Notes: a model not told the origin generated them from the letters alone. DNA of 64,000 nt from Lama glama (GCA_028534125.1 CM052816.1:97094001-97158000); one strand, 5' to 3'; positions 49,720 to 62,450 are shown, counted from the stretch's first letter. Program-made: numbers and translations.

Positions 49720-50795
49720 CTGGGACAGGGACAAGGTCGCGTGAGAACTTAGGATTGCTCCTGGGAATGCATGCGAAGTAAATGTGGGGACCACCTCCAA
49801 GCTCGCCTGCTCAACTCGTAAACTGACTGTGAAAGCAGATGCCTTTTTCTGCTCTTGGATCCAGTGATAAATGACTAAACCCATTTGATTGAGACAAGAA
49901 TTACTCATTACATGGTGTCTCACCCACCACAGCACGTTTAATACAAATTATCATGCGTATTGCCAAATACTTTTCAGAAATAGTTTTTAGAAATCTGTAC
50001 TGAAGACATATTAAAGGCAAATGTCAACAAAGATGAAAACAACTTGCTTTGTGAAGATGAAAACCATGCACGTTTACAGATTAAAACAAAATTACAAGAC
50101 AGAATATTCTGTGACCTTTCAATTATCTAATTCATTAAGAGGATACAAATTATTACAGGCAGTTCTGTTAAAAGTGTAGGAAATCATAGGCATTTGGTTA
50201 AAAGGGAAATTGTATGTCAGAGGGACTATCCAGAACGGAAAGGATTTTAAAAGCTAAAAGCTTTGGCCAGGGTCAGTCTTGACCGCCCTGGAAGTGAACA
50301 GGCACTCAATGAAATCGCAGGACCAAGTGTGAGGAAGAAGCCGGCACGGGCCGCCTTTTATGGGCCATTGGGAGCAGCCCGCAGGCCCGCCCCGTATCAG
50401 CGCTTTTTTGTCTATTTACTACGAAGAACATAGTCAAGACAGGACAGCCCTGGATTCAGTCCTGCTCCAATCGCTTACCAGGGGAGCCACAATGTCGTCA
50501 TCTGTAAAATCATAGTAACGTCCTCCTATTGCTCACTGAGCAAGTGAGGCTGGGAGCCCACCGCCCTGCGGGCCCGGAGGGGCTTGCTGAGTGGAAAGAG
50601 GTATCATTCTCACAAAGCCTTCGTTTGCTCTGTCCTGGTTTCTTTTTAATTTAATTTTTTTAAATTAAAAAAATATTTTATTTTTTTTATCCTGGTGTTT
50701 TTAATAACAAGGGTTGGCTACTATCTTAGCATTCCCGCAGCAGGATTAGCACTCAGTGAAGTTTCATCACTTTAATAAAACATAGATCTGATTGA

Positions 50796-51008
50796 TTTTT
50801 TTCTTTTTTTAAAATTGAAGTATAGTCAGTTTACAGTGTATTAATTTCTGGTATACAGCATAGTGATTCAGTTATACACATATACATACATATATTCCTT
50901 TTCATATTTTTCTTCATTATAGGCTATTACAAGATACTGACTACAGCTCCCTGTGCTCTGCAGTAGGACCTTGTTGTTTATCTATTTTATATATAATAGT
51001 TAGTATCC
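50796..51008 (-). mobile_element. 5'-truncated L1 3' end
   Basis: Poly(T)-AAAATTGAAGTATAGTCAG...CTCCCTGTGCTCTGCAGTAGGACCTTGTTGTTTATC; same family as 16690. Confidence 0.85.
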
Positions 51009-53474
51009 TGCCTTTTAAAAATAGCCCAGTGTGTAAACTACTCCATTTTAGTTTCATTATATGCAATAAGCTTTGTAAAAACTGCTTATTTTTGTCATTC
51101 TACCTCTTAATTTTATTTCCCCAGCTAGGGTCATCCGGTCAGCCCTGGGAAAGGCTACTGGTATCAGTTCATCAGTCCTGTTCTTGGGGAAGAAAAAGTC
51201 AGAAAACGAGCTGCAGTGGTCCCACAGTGCCCTTCCTTCCCTGCGGGAGGCACCCAGGCAAGAATTAACCAGAGCTTGTCAGTGAGGACTCCGAGCTGGC
51301 ACTTCAGCTTCAGAAGGAGGACGGGCAGTTCCCTTGGGTCCCACAGCAGCTGGGGCAGCCTTTGGGAAGTGAGGTGTGCCTCGGCCGGGGAGCCTGACAG
51401 GTGGTGGCATTTTAGGGGATGCCAAGGGTTTGTAAGCACAACCTCTTCGGCCACAATTACCTGACGTCAGTTCTCCGCTATTCAGACCACCAATCCCCCC
51501 ACAACAGAGAACAGGGAGAGGGAAAGAGAGGAAGTGTGTCCTGCTGGGGCTGTTAGGCTGACAGAGAGGAATGACAGAACGGGGGGCCTGGGAGACACTG
51601 GAGGGGCACCACTAACTCAGTCTCACTAACGCAGAAGGTGGGAGAGAGGCAGCCTGTGCTTGGAGACCAGCCCTCATTTACGGGGACGTCTGCCACTACT
51701 GTGTTAATTCCTCAATCACGGGAATACTTAATGACCGAGGATCACCTTCTGAGGGCAGGTGTGAGGCTCAGTGACCCAGGGGGCACCGGGGCTGGGACAG
51801 CCTCTGAGAGCAGCCCAGGGAGCCCCGCGCCACCCCCCCAGGGGCCCTCCGCCCAGGGCCTGCGGAGCCTTACAGCCTGAGGGGGTGGGCTCCCTTCTGG
51901 TGAATGTAATAACACACGGGCTGCAGCTTCGTATGTCTTCTTTCTTTAGCTCATTTTTGGGCTAATCCACCATCATATTTTTCAGAGTATGAATCCCCAC
52001 CGAGAGTTTGCCAAGCCCGGGTCTGTAACCTGCTCTATGAGGCAGCAGGCGGCGGATTACAAACCGCTCTTGAAAAGCCGTGAAATCGCCTTGCGAACAG
52101 GCAGCCAACGAAGCTCCGACGCAGCGTCTCCCCTTTCACGACAAAGCAGCTTGTTTGCACAAATAATGAAAGGCACGTCTGTGGGATGAGGCGAATACCC
52201 ACTTTGAAGAATTCTTGTGAGGATTAAATGAGATAATACAGAGCACAGAACAGCATCTGGCCCCTGGGAAGCTGTATACATTCTGAAACTGGGGCTCTTT
52301 GTAAGAGTTGGTTTTAAAAAGGATTCTGCTGCTAAAATTATGCTGAAAACCGTTCTGAGGATGAAAGTTTCCAATAGTTCAGCCTAACTGAGCAGACTGA
52401 GGAGCCCCTTACACAAGTGTGTGTAGCAGTGTGCGCGTGTGCATTTGGGGGCACTGAGGGCGGTAGGGTTGTAAAGGTTTTCAGCAACAGCTCTAGGTTT
52501 AAATATGTGCCAACACCTATAATACATGCCTAGGAGTTCAGCTTCATTGTTAGGCTTTTAAAACGCTCTCACATTTCAGGGACATCTACCCAGATGCACG
52601 CGTCGACAGGAAGCAGCCTTTCAGCGCATCTTGTATTGATGTATCTGTGGGAGGGGGTGAGCTCTGCGCCCTCTGTACCGACATCCTGAAGCCCCTCCTG
52701 GCCCTTTCCTATTAAATACCCTTTCTAGGACACTTGGGGGCCACGCACAAGGTATTGTGGGAATTCATTAAAGGTAGGTCAGGACCCTGCTGGTATCTTC
52801 AGAGGGAGCCCCAAAGAACACCTCTCTACCACTCAAGGCGGCCCAGCGGGGAGATCAGTGGTTGTCAAGATTCTGGCTGTAGGCGCCTGAACTGACTTCT
52901 GCTAGGACATAATCATTTGTATCCTTATTTTTATATATAGTTTTGGTACAGTTAATATAATTATGAGTTAATTTTGTCTTAGTTACTATTTGTTCCTATT
53001 ATTTGAATCACTATCATTTATTTACATTAGTTACTATTAAGTTAAAATTGGTTCCTATCGTCATGAACACTTTTCATACATTCAGTGAAATCAGCCTGCA
53101 TTTTGATACCAAGGGAACAGCCACTGTCATCTTTGTAATTTACTAAAGCATCTTTTGGCCTCCGTTTCCTTGCCTGGAAAAATCGGAACTCCAATATCTA
53201 ACTTACAGTGTAGATCTGTGGATGAAACAATATAAATGCCCGATATAGTGTGAACCGACGGCATGGCAAAGATTCTTTCTGGTTGATTCTGTTTTCTGAC
53301 ATTTTTAAGTGACTTTTTCTTCTGCTACAGAAGTATCTGATGTTAAATATTAATGTACAAAGGACAGATATAAAAAGTAAGGGTCTCCTGCAATCGCGAA
53401 CATCCAACTTGAGCTATGATTAATTTTTTGTCTGTCCTTCCAGCTTTTCGGGTGTCATTGCTACTTATTATTGG

Positions 53475-53974
53475 NNNNNNNNNNNNNNNNNNNNNNNNNN
53501 NNNNNNNNNNNNNNNNNNNNNNNNNNNNNNNNNNNNNNNNNNNNNNNNNNNNNNNNNNNNNNNNNNNNNNNNNNNNNNNNNNNNNNNNNNNNNNNNNNNN
53601 NNNNNNNNNNNNNNNNNNNNNNNNNNNNNNNNNNNNNNNNNNNNNNNNNNNNNNNNNNNNNNNNNNNNNNNNNNNNNNNNNNNNNNNNNNNNNNNNNNNN
53701 NNNNNNNNNNNNNNNNNNNNNNNNNNNNNNNNNNNNNNNNNNNNNNNNNNNNNNNNNNNNNNNNNNNNNNNNNNNNNNNNNNNNNNNNNNNNNNNNNNNN
53801 NNNNNNNNNNNNNNNNNNNNNNNNNNNNNNNNNNNNNNNNNNNNNNNNNNNNNNNNNNNNNNNNNNNNNNNNNNNNNNNNNNNNNNNNNNNNNNNNNNNN
53901 NNNNNNNNNNNNNNNNNNNNNNNNNNNNNNNNNNNNNNNNNNNNNNNNNNNNNNNNNNNNNNNNNNNNNNNNNN
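53475..53974. other. Assembly gap (500 N)
   Basis: Exactly 500 N. Confidence 0.99.
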
Positions 53975-54250
53975 ACAGGCTGTAAAATGCAGCTTTCAGA
54001 GGAGAAACACGAATCACCCACGAGGGCCTCAAAGTGCCATTTCTGGTTTGCACATGAGACCTGATGGGTGCCCCTGGCTGGGACTTCTCCGCTGAACACT
54101 GGCAGTTTTCCCCTGGTCAGGACAAACTCAGGTATTGAAACCAAAGATGAAAAGTAAAGTCTGTCCCAGAAGAGGAGGTGGAGCCACGCCACCCCACAGG
54201 GAACAGCACACAGGAGACAACAAGAGCAGCAATGAGCGAAGCGTTCTTAC

Positions 54251-54376
54251 CGGCAGGAAGAACAAATTTTGTGCACGCAGAGTTGCTGCCTGATTATTTA
54301 AGGCAGAAAGACTTGTGTTTGACGTGTTGGCCATTGGAAGAGTCGTTTCCTCTGACTCCGAATCACTCAGAAAAAA
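54251..54376 (-). CDS. ADCY2: ADCY2 exon 17 equivalent (extracellular glycosylated loop)
   Basis: FFLSDSESEETTLPMANTSNTSLSALNNQAATLRAQNLFFLP. AG at 54377-54378, GT at 54249-54250; 126 nt; two N-T-S sequons. Confidence 0.95.
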
Positions 54377-54535
54377 CTGCAAAGAAAGTGTTTTTTTCAA
54401 TGAATTAGTGCAAAAGAGATTAAAGAGACAGGAGGTGGTGTTACGTTCACTAACGACCAGGCGTTCCTTCAGCGCAGTAAACAGGGTTGTGTGGGCAACC
54501 CAGCGTCTTGGTTTGCAGTGCTGACCCCTTCATCT

Positions 54536-54665
54536 CTTTTTTTTTCTTTTCTTTTTTCCTTTGGAGGGGAGGTATCTATTTATTTACTTATTTAATGGAG
54601 GGGCTGGGGCTTGAAACCAGGAAGCTAAGCACGCACGCTACCCCTGAGCTAAGCCGTCCCCTCCC
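54536..54665 (-). mobile_element. tRNA-derived SINE, camelid vic-1-like (more diverged)
   Basis: Poly(T), then GGGGAGGTATCTATTTATTT, then GGGGCTTGAAACCAGG...CCTGAGCTAAGCCGTCCCCTCCC. Confidence 0.7.
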
Positions 54666-57474
54666 AGCTCCTCTAGGAGGCTTCGAGAGTCTCTGTTGAG
54701 TAAGTAAATCATACTGCTGTGCTCTGCACGTCATAGTGAATTCCAGACCTACAGGATGGATGCGGAAGGAGACAGAAGCACCTCTGTCAAACATCAGTTT
54801 TAAAATCTACACAGCACAGGGCAGGGAGCTACGGTTAGAATTACGTGTGAGGCTGACATCACCGCACGCAGACCCTCGACCCTCCACCACGACATTGGCG
54901 TCTTCACGTGGCGTCTCTGCAGCATCTTCACCCACTTGGCTCAGACGTGGAATGAGTCAGTGCAGTTGTATGAGGTTTTCATTTTAAGAAAATAAGCTCA
55001 TTCTGTGGGCAAAGTGCATTAACTGACACCAACATCTGTGTCTGTTGCACATGAGTGCTTGGCAGCCCAGGACCACGAGGGATCACGTTTGGAGAGGATG
55101 GATGCTCTCAGGACTGTTAGAAAGGGGGTCCTGATGTTTTTCTTTAAAAAGGAGTAATCCTGAGAAAATAAAGGTGATTAGGTCTCATGTAATGGTCTCC
55201 AATATGAGCAGCCATAAGGAAAGTGCGGCCAGTCCGCAAGGTGGGAAAAACTCAGCCTCTCTTTTTCTGTTTCTCTCTCTCCCTCGCTCTCCTCCTCTGT
55301 CTGTCTGTCTGTTTCCGTTTCTCCCTGTCTCTCTCTTTCCTGGAGAAGCCTCAGCACAAACTGTTCAGGTGACTGAGGACCACTCACTTTCTGTATCGTG
55401 GCTGAGGGTCAGAAAAGTGTTCAGTGCAGGTAAACCGGAGAAACCACTGGGGCCAGGTTCCCTTTACAAAAGAAGTTCATCTCATCTGTGAAACTAGGCT
55501 GGCTTTTCTGCACGGGGCTAACCATCCAAACTCAAGGTCTAAAAAGGGAAACGTCCCTGTATCATTTCCGTGGTTGCTTTTTGAGCCTCCTCCCTTCCGT
55601 TTGTTTCCTTTGACAAGAGTTCTTGTCAAATACCTACAGTACTTTACTTAGGTAAAGAAAAAGCCGTTTATTTTGTATGTTCTTGAGAACGTTTCCTCTC
55701 AGATGCCAGGAATGATACCAGATACCCATTTTACCGTTCATAAGACACTGCAAAATGCCGATTTAAAAATCAAATAACTGTATAGATTTCTTTATTTACT
55801 AGTAAAGAATTTATCAGAAATGTCACAACCCCCGGCTGAAACATAAATGTGCTAGTTATTTGAGAAAAATGGCATCAGGAGAAAAATGTAGTAACTGCTT
55901 GGCAAACATCAGGCTTCAACATGTTACAAATTTAGATCTGACAGATCGAAAATGAAACTGATTTAAATAAATAATCAAGAAACAAATAGAAGGACACCAT
56001 TCAATTTAACAGGTTACTAGTCTCAGGCAACTGAGATCTTAAAACAGTTTAAAAATACCCTCTTGATTCTATCAGCATATAAAGAAGAAACTAAATTCTT
56101 GCTGTACAACCAGCAGAAGTATGTCCCGTGAGGACCACCTAGGCTATGCGGTAATATGATGCCCTGAACTTGAACTGCAGTGGAGAACTTCAGCCACCAC
56201 ATCCAGTAATGCTTCGTTAACACCCTCCTGCTACTTTTTTCTACTTTTTACATTAACTACCCCTAAAATCAAGAACCCCTTCATCCTGTCTACGTGGCAC
56301 CACATTGCAGCCTGCAATCAATTTTCCTCTTCTGTCTTCTTCATTACTTTAAAATAACAAACTCCTAATTATAGCTGTCAAAACCAGAGCTTTATCTGTC
56401 CCAGGTCCCTCTCTCCTCCGGGTTAAAGTGCCATCATTTTCTGCACAGAATGAATTTCTCGTATCATCATTATTAGAGGAACGTCTCTCTGGACCTGCTT
56501 TAATATTCCACAGCCTCTGTCATCACGGGGAAATGATATCCTCTTTCTGGACAAGAGGTCCTAATTAACTATAATTTTTAGCCCGACTTCCCAATTTTAC
56601 ATTTCCCAGGCAACGTCAAACACCTCAGAATTATGTTCTTCAGATACTATTCAGCTGTGAACACGGGATTTAATGCTGTGTTCTGTGCCTGGTAACACCG
56701 TTGCTTGCCATTTGGCTGGAGTGAGAAGTCCGGAGAGCGTCCTCGTTAACTACTAGTTCACTACGGCCAACTCCTTGTCTGCGTGGCTCACAAAGCCAGG
56801 CTATTCATAACGTTCTCTGAGAGGGGTCTCAGAAGAGATTGCGAAATGATGGGAAGAATCACACGATGACGTGGTCAAAGTGTCAGAAAAAAATGGCAGA
56901 GGATTTGAGCGTCTCATACATGGTTCAAAACAGTCAGCTGAAAAGTAAAACGGAACAAGACCCGCAGGCTGTTCTCAGTTTGGTGCCCAAACCCCATATT
57001 TGAAAAAAATCTTTTTGGATAACTGATTTGTTTTTCTCTATTTTTTATTGGGGTGTTTGGTGTCACAGGGGTGAGTGTCAGGTGTTTAAGATGTCCTGGT
57101 AAAACCCCATGGTTCACTTTAAATAAAACTCACTTGGCCATTCTGACATTTACATCAGTGTGTCATGAGAGTTAAAGAAGCCAGTTTTCTGAGCGCAGCA
57201 TCCCTGCTGGCCCCTGCTCTTGTCAGGGCTGTGACCATTCAGCCTCGGGCTGCACATCAGTGACACACGCCACGTGGAGGCTCGGTGTGGAATGGTCCAC
57301 CACACAGTCAGCGGCAGGGGAGACCGTGGGTGGCCTTGGCCCCCACAACATGCCTCACGCTCCTGGGTGATGGCAGGTGATGACAGAAACAGCCAGTAAG
57401 GGCTGTTTGCCACTGGCTAGAAAGCCCCGCGCAGACTGAGAGGGTCTGCTGCTGTGGGGGGCTGCGCATCAAAG

Positions 57475-57830
57475 AGAAAATGAGAACCTTGGGAACACTA
57501 TTCCAAGCAAAACCAGCCAGACACAAAAAGACAAACACCGTGTAATCCCACGTGCACGAGGTTATCTGCAACAGGCAAGTTCATGGAAACAGAAAGCAGA
57601 GTAGAGGTTACCGGGGCCAGGGCAGTGGGGAGTTACTGCTCGCAGGTACAGAGTCTGTGTCTGGGGTGATGCAACAGTTCTGGACACAGATAGTGATGAT
57701 TGCACGACACTGCACACGTACTGAATGCCCCTAAGCCGTACGCTTAAAAAGAGTGAAACCCATAAATTGTATGTTGTACAGATTTTACCCATAGGAAAAA
57801 TCATATTGAAAACAGAAAAAAAAAGGAAGA
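57475..57830 (+). mobile_element. Old L1 3' end (L1MB-like)
   Basis: AGCCAGACACAAAAAGACAAA...GAAACAGAAAGCAGAGTAGAGGTTACC...GTTCTGGACACAGATAGTGATG, followed by an A-rich tail. Confidence 0.7.
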
Positions 57831-59479
57831 AAAGGAAAGCATTTTTGCTTTGTCCCTAAAAGAACTCTTATAAATCACAGGAACTGAACTAGAGGATCTG
57901 AATGAGGCTGTGACTTTATAAATATGAAGTTTCCTGACCAAAAAATTAAATTCTCTTCCCAGGGACTTAAGCAAAGCTTGCTCATGAAGGCAGCCCCTCC
58001 CCAAACCCACCCACAAAAGAGCTTTTAGGCCCTTTGGAGAGTGAGTCCAGTGCCTGGATTAGCCTCACTGGGTCAATAACTGCTTAGAAATAGCAAACTA
58101 CAACTTGAGAGCAGGGCTCAGTTAGTCTAGGAACTGTGTTTTCAAAAGAAGTACCGAGGCAAGTTCTAAAAGCTATGCTGCATTAAATAGAAACCTCTCC
58201 ACGATGGAGAGGTTCAAGTGCAGCTGGAAAAACAGGCCCAGAAATACGGCGGGAGGCACTTAGCTGCAGGCAGGTCACTCCTGGACCACACCTGCATTCC
58301 CAGCGGGGGAGGTGCGGCCTGCCCCGGATGTGAGTGAGTGACCCGGAGCCCACCACCCGCACCTGGCTCCTCACGGATACTCACTCCTACCTGTCTGGGT
58401 CTGAGTGCTGTATCAGTACCCTTGGTGGTGCGTGTGTGACCCAAGGGAGCTCACAGCATCATGCAGTCTGGCTGGGGACACAGGACCTGGTGTCTGCCTC
58501 ATGCAGTCAAAACTCAAGAGGTTGGGGACCTGACGAGCTGGAGGGCACTGTTCTGTAAACCATCAAATGTGAACGAAAAATGACACCCTGATGGGCACGT
58601 CCTTCCCCTCCAGTGATTCATAAGAAATTACAAGAAAGCTCAAAAATAGGGGAAATTTTTTCCTTTCTCTACTCTGGGCAGAGTGACGTGGATGAAGGGG
58701 CCAGCCCACCTTCACAGCCGGGGCCACGCCCACCTGCTTCCTCTGGCATCGCCCTCACCTGAACCCCCAGGTGTGTCCGGAGAAACTGCTCCATCTAGAG
58801 TCTAATGTGAAGGACTGGTCCCAAGTGAACATTCAACATCCTTCTCGACTTCTGCCTAATTTTCTACTGCTTCTCAATACAGATTTCTCTCTCTTCTCAT
58901 CCTCGACACCAAATGTCTTCCCCCTTCTCATCTTCCTTCCACCATATGATGAAACTCCTCCTGCTTGGCCTTCAGAGTTCTGCCCGGCAGGCCCCTCGCC
59001 CCTCGTCCTCGCCGCCTCTCTACGCCTCCGTGTGGGCCCTCGGACGCCCTCCTAACAGTTCCCCCAGCTGTCTGCACCCCGAGCCCCACCATGGACCCCT
59101 GGAGGAAGACTGGCTTTGGGTTCTGCGTCTCTAGCAGCACACCAGGCACGTACTTGTGCTCGGTAATTTTTTCCTGAATGAATGTTCACAGTTTCATCTA
59201 GGAGAACCATGACTTTATTATTTAACATGTGTGCCTCCTCTCCTCAACCTCATTTGGTGCTTCCAGAAGGCAAGGGGTGTACTCACGACACTCCTGAGTC
59301 CCAACTCGAGTAAAGCATCAACGTCTAAAGTTTCATAGCCTTATGGTTGACGGTGACGATGTCAGAATAACAATAAGGTTGTGTCTCAGTGTGTACTGAT
59401 CATCTAAGTGTCTTACTTTTAAGGAGACACCAGTAATAATGCTGATATCGTTAAGAGCGACCACTGGTTACCAAATGCC

Positions 59480-59670
59480 TGATGCCATGCTGAGTGTGTT
59501 AAGAGCACCAGTTCGTTTGCCCTGAAATCCACCTTGGCAGAGAGGTGTCAGCTCTCACTTTCAAGAAGTGAAGTGGAGTCCATGTAAATTTAATGAAAAA
59601 TCTTCAGAATCGCACAGCTGGTCAGATGGGAGCTGATGTCTGAAATCAGGCATTTGAGACCCCAGAGTGG
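59480..59670 (-). mobile_element. Probable MIR relic
   Basis: Degenerate MIR-like segment (CACAGCTGGTCAGATGG...GTCTGA). Confidence 0.35.
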
Positions 59671-59947
59671 GACACCTTTCCCACTGCGCTCTCCTTCATC
59701 TGCTGGTTCTGTCGTCCCCGGGTGACCACCCTGCTGACACTTGGTGGCATCTCTTTAGCTGGGACCCACAGGAGCCAGGAGGTGGGAAGCCGGTGGTGGA
59801 AGGAGCCCCCCTCCCCCCTCCCAGGGAAGCCCTTGCTGCGGTGGGTGGAGGCTGAGTATAACAGGCAGCAACTGGTGTTGCCAAAGGAGCTGCAGGCAAG
59901 GCTTCGAAATCCCGCTGGACAGCACCGTCCGGCAGGGCCCGACTCAC

Positions 59948-60085
59948 CATGTTGAACACGGCCATGGTCAGGATGATGGCTGTGGTGATGACCGTCAGGG
60001 AGATCCGCGGCCAGGGGCGGCTGGCGATGATGCTGGACGACTTCAGCAGCCACAGGAGGGAGGCAGAGGCTTTCTTGCTGCATTG
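59948..60085 (-). CDS. ADCY2: ADCY2 exon 16 equivalent (first coding exon in the window; gene continues beyond the right edge)
   Basis: QCSKKASASLLWLLKSSSIIASRPWPRISLTVITTAIILTMAVFNM. AG at 60086-60087 after a pyrimidine tract; GTGAGT donor at 59942-59947; 138 nt. Confidence 0.96.
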
Positions 60086-60589
60086 CTAGGAGGCGGGGGA
60101 AAGAGAAAGAAAAGGAGCTGGTGTTTCGTGCATTCTCCCAGGTTTCTCAGTGATGCTTAAAGCCACCAGATGCGTCCATATCCTCTACAGACTCAACACG
60201 AGGACGACACTGGGACAATTAGGAACAAATTAATTCAATTCCTATGACAAATTGGGATACGCTTGTGTGTCCTTTAAGACAGACCTGGAATGATGTCTAA
60301 AAAAATCTTCTGGTAAAGGGAAAATATGTCTGTTAACTAAACCACTCTGGGGAGCGTGCTGGCTCTCAGGTCACAGCTGTGACAAAGCCGTTTTCATACA
60401 TCTAGATGATTTATGTAGAAAACAGATCAACGTGCAGCTAATCCTAAGAACACAACCGGACGACAAAACCGTCTGGGGCCTGCACCTGTGCAGACGGCGC
60501 CCGGAGGTCCCTGCTGTGCCCGGCATGATAGCTTTACCGCACCCTGGCCTGAGGGCTCCCCCCCATGTGGAGAAGCTCTACTTTTCACT

Positions 60590-61060
60590 ATAAATTTTTT
60601 GATTTTTAACTGTGTTAAAAAAAACACATAATATCAAATGTACCCTCTTACCCATTTTTTAAGTGAACAGCTCAGCAGTGTTAACCATACGCACAGTGCT
60701 GGGTAGCAGATCTCTAGAACTTTCCACCTCGCACAACTGAAACGCCACGCCCAATCAGCACGTCTCCTCGTCCGCGGCCACCACCATTCGCTTTCTGTCT
60801 CTAGGAGTCTGACCGCTCCAGGCCCGCGTGCGAGCGGAATCGCGCGGCGCCTGCTTTGTGATGGGCTTGTTTCACTTAGTGTAGCGACGGCCTCCAGGGC
60901 CGTCCACGGGGGCAGCCTGCGGCAGGACTCCTTTCTTTTTCTGAGGCTGGAGAACATTCCATCCTGTGCAGAGACCGCATTTTGTTTATCCGTCCATCTG
61001 CTGACGGACGCTTGTGTTGCTGCCAACCATTGGCTGCTGTGAATAAGGCTGCAAGGAACA
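60590..61060 (-). mobile_element. Old L1 3' end (L1MA/L1MB-like), GC-shifted
   Basis: CCATTTTTTAAGTGAACAGCTCAG...GGCTTGTTTCACTTAG...CATTTTGTTTATCCGTCCATCTG...TGGCTGCTGTGAATAA. Confidence 0.8.
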
Positions 61061-61659
61061 GCAACACGGTGCTGGAGAGCTTCTTCCTTTCGATACAGGA
61101 GGAACTGAGGTCTTCACAGAAAGGCAGCCAGCATCCCCTCACCATTTTCTGTGGGCCAGACTCCGCTTGGTGGGAACTCATTAGGGGCTAACCTCCTCCT
61201 CAAGGCCACCTTCCCGGGCAGGAGCCACTGTGACGCTCCCCTTCACCCAGGGGGTGGGAGAGCAGAAGCCGGGAGAGGCCTGAGGGGTGGGGGACGCAAA
61301 CGCGGCCTGCGTCAGGCACGCCTGCGGGTGTTTACGCGTGTTACATACGTTATCTGATACGACAGGCAGCCCCTAAGGGTTCTGCAGGGATCTAAATTTT
61401 AACTTTCATCCCAAAGAAACTGGTCACCGGAGGCTGTGTCCTGGAACCATTAGAATAAAGGTGTAATTCCAAAAAAAGAATCAGAAGGAAGAATAAATAT
61501 ATTATACACTTTTGACTTGCACTATTAACAGAAAGATAAAACTGCTGTGACATCAATAAAATTCAAATAGAGAACACTCCTTAAGAGCACTCATAGATAG
61601 CCCTTTATTTCTCTACTTATTTCACATTTGCTTTCTGCTTTATTCTTAAAAATATTCTC

Positions 61660-61839
61660 GAGGACCTACTGGGTAGCACAGGGAACTATATTCAATTTCT
61701 TTAATAAGCTGGAATGGAAAAGAATCTGAAAAAAATTATGTATATATGTATGCATATGTGTAACTGAAACGCTTTGTTACACACCTGGTGCTAACACTGT
61801 CAATCAACTACATTTCAATAAAAAATAAAATTAAAAAAA
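61660..61839 (+). mobile_element. 5'-truncated L1 3' end with poly(A) tail
   Basis: AGGACCTACTGGGTAGCACAGGGAACTATATTCAAT...TTCAATAAAAAATAAAATTAAAAAAA. Confidence 0.85.
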
Positions 61840-61959
61840 TATCACTGACACAAGCATGGCAGTAAGTTAACCGCTGATGTAACAATGAACTGAGATCGTG
61901 TAACTCTGGATGAGAGGGGCTCAGAAAGGTAAGGATCCCTGTGGCCGAGGGTCACACCC

Positions 61960-62115
61960 CGACGGCTGTGAAACTTTCTGCAAGTTAATTACCCTCTCTG
62001 GCCTCAGTTTCTTCATCTCTGAAATGAGTAGCATTATGCTACTCATAATATGTTTTTGGTCTTTTAGGAGACTTCAGCGAGCTACACAAGGTGCCGGAAC
62101 AGGACACAGGAGTTA
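61960..62115 (+). mobile_element. MIR SINE relic
   Basis: GCAAGTTAATTACCCTCTCTGGCCTCAGTTTCTTCATCTCTGAAATGAG core. Confidence 0.7.
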
Positions 62116-62450
62116 GCGGTGCTTCTTCTATTTGTGAGGAAAACATAATACTTCTCAGAAGCCTAAGGACTAAACATCTATTTGCTTTATATCTGGATGA
62201 ACAAAGGACCATTTTCCCCCTTCCTTCTGCTGCAGTTGTTCTTGCTCCAGTTCCTGATATAAAGAAATACAGAGTAGCTGTCTACAGCACACAGCCCCCA
62301 CAAGCGCAGGATCCCGGGACGGTGTTTAGGGCTCACGGCTTGGGTGGATTCTCCCAGGTCCTTCTCTGGTTTCTCCTCCGTTCTTGTCCGGGAGAATGGA
62401 CCAGTGCCGCCCTGGGTTCCAGAGGCGGCCAGGAGCTGAAGGGATGGCTG

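Noticed and set aside
55609..55630. Near-perfect palindrome TTTGACAAGA-GT-TCTTGTCAAA
   Set aside because: A single 10-bp stem with no supporting context is plausible by chance in 64 kb.
59905..59930. GGACAGCACC resembling a REST/RE1 half-site
   Set aside because: The other half-site (TCAGCACC) is missing at the expected spacing.
460..60085. Possibility that the gene is a pseudogene or that an exon is hidden in a gap
   Set aside because: All ten exons join in frame with canonical splice sites, contiguous protein sequence and intact catalytic motifs.
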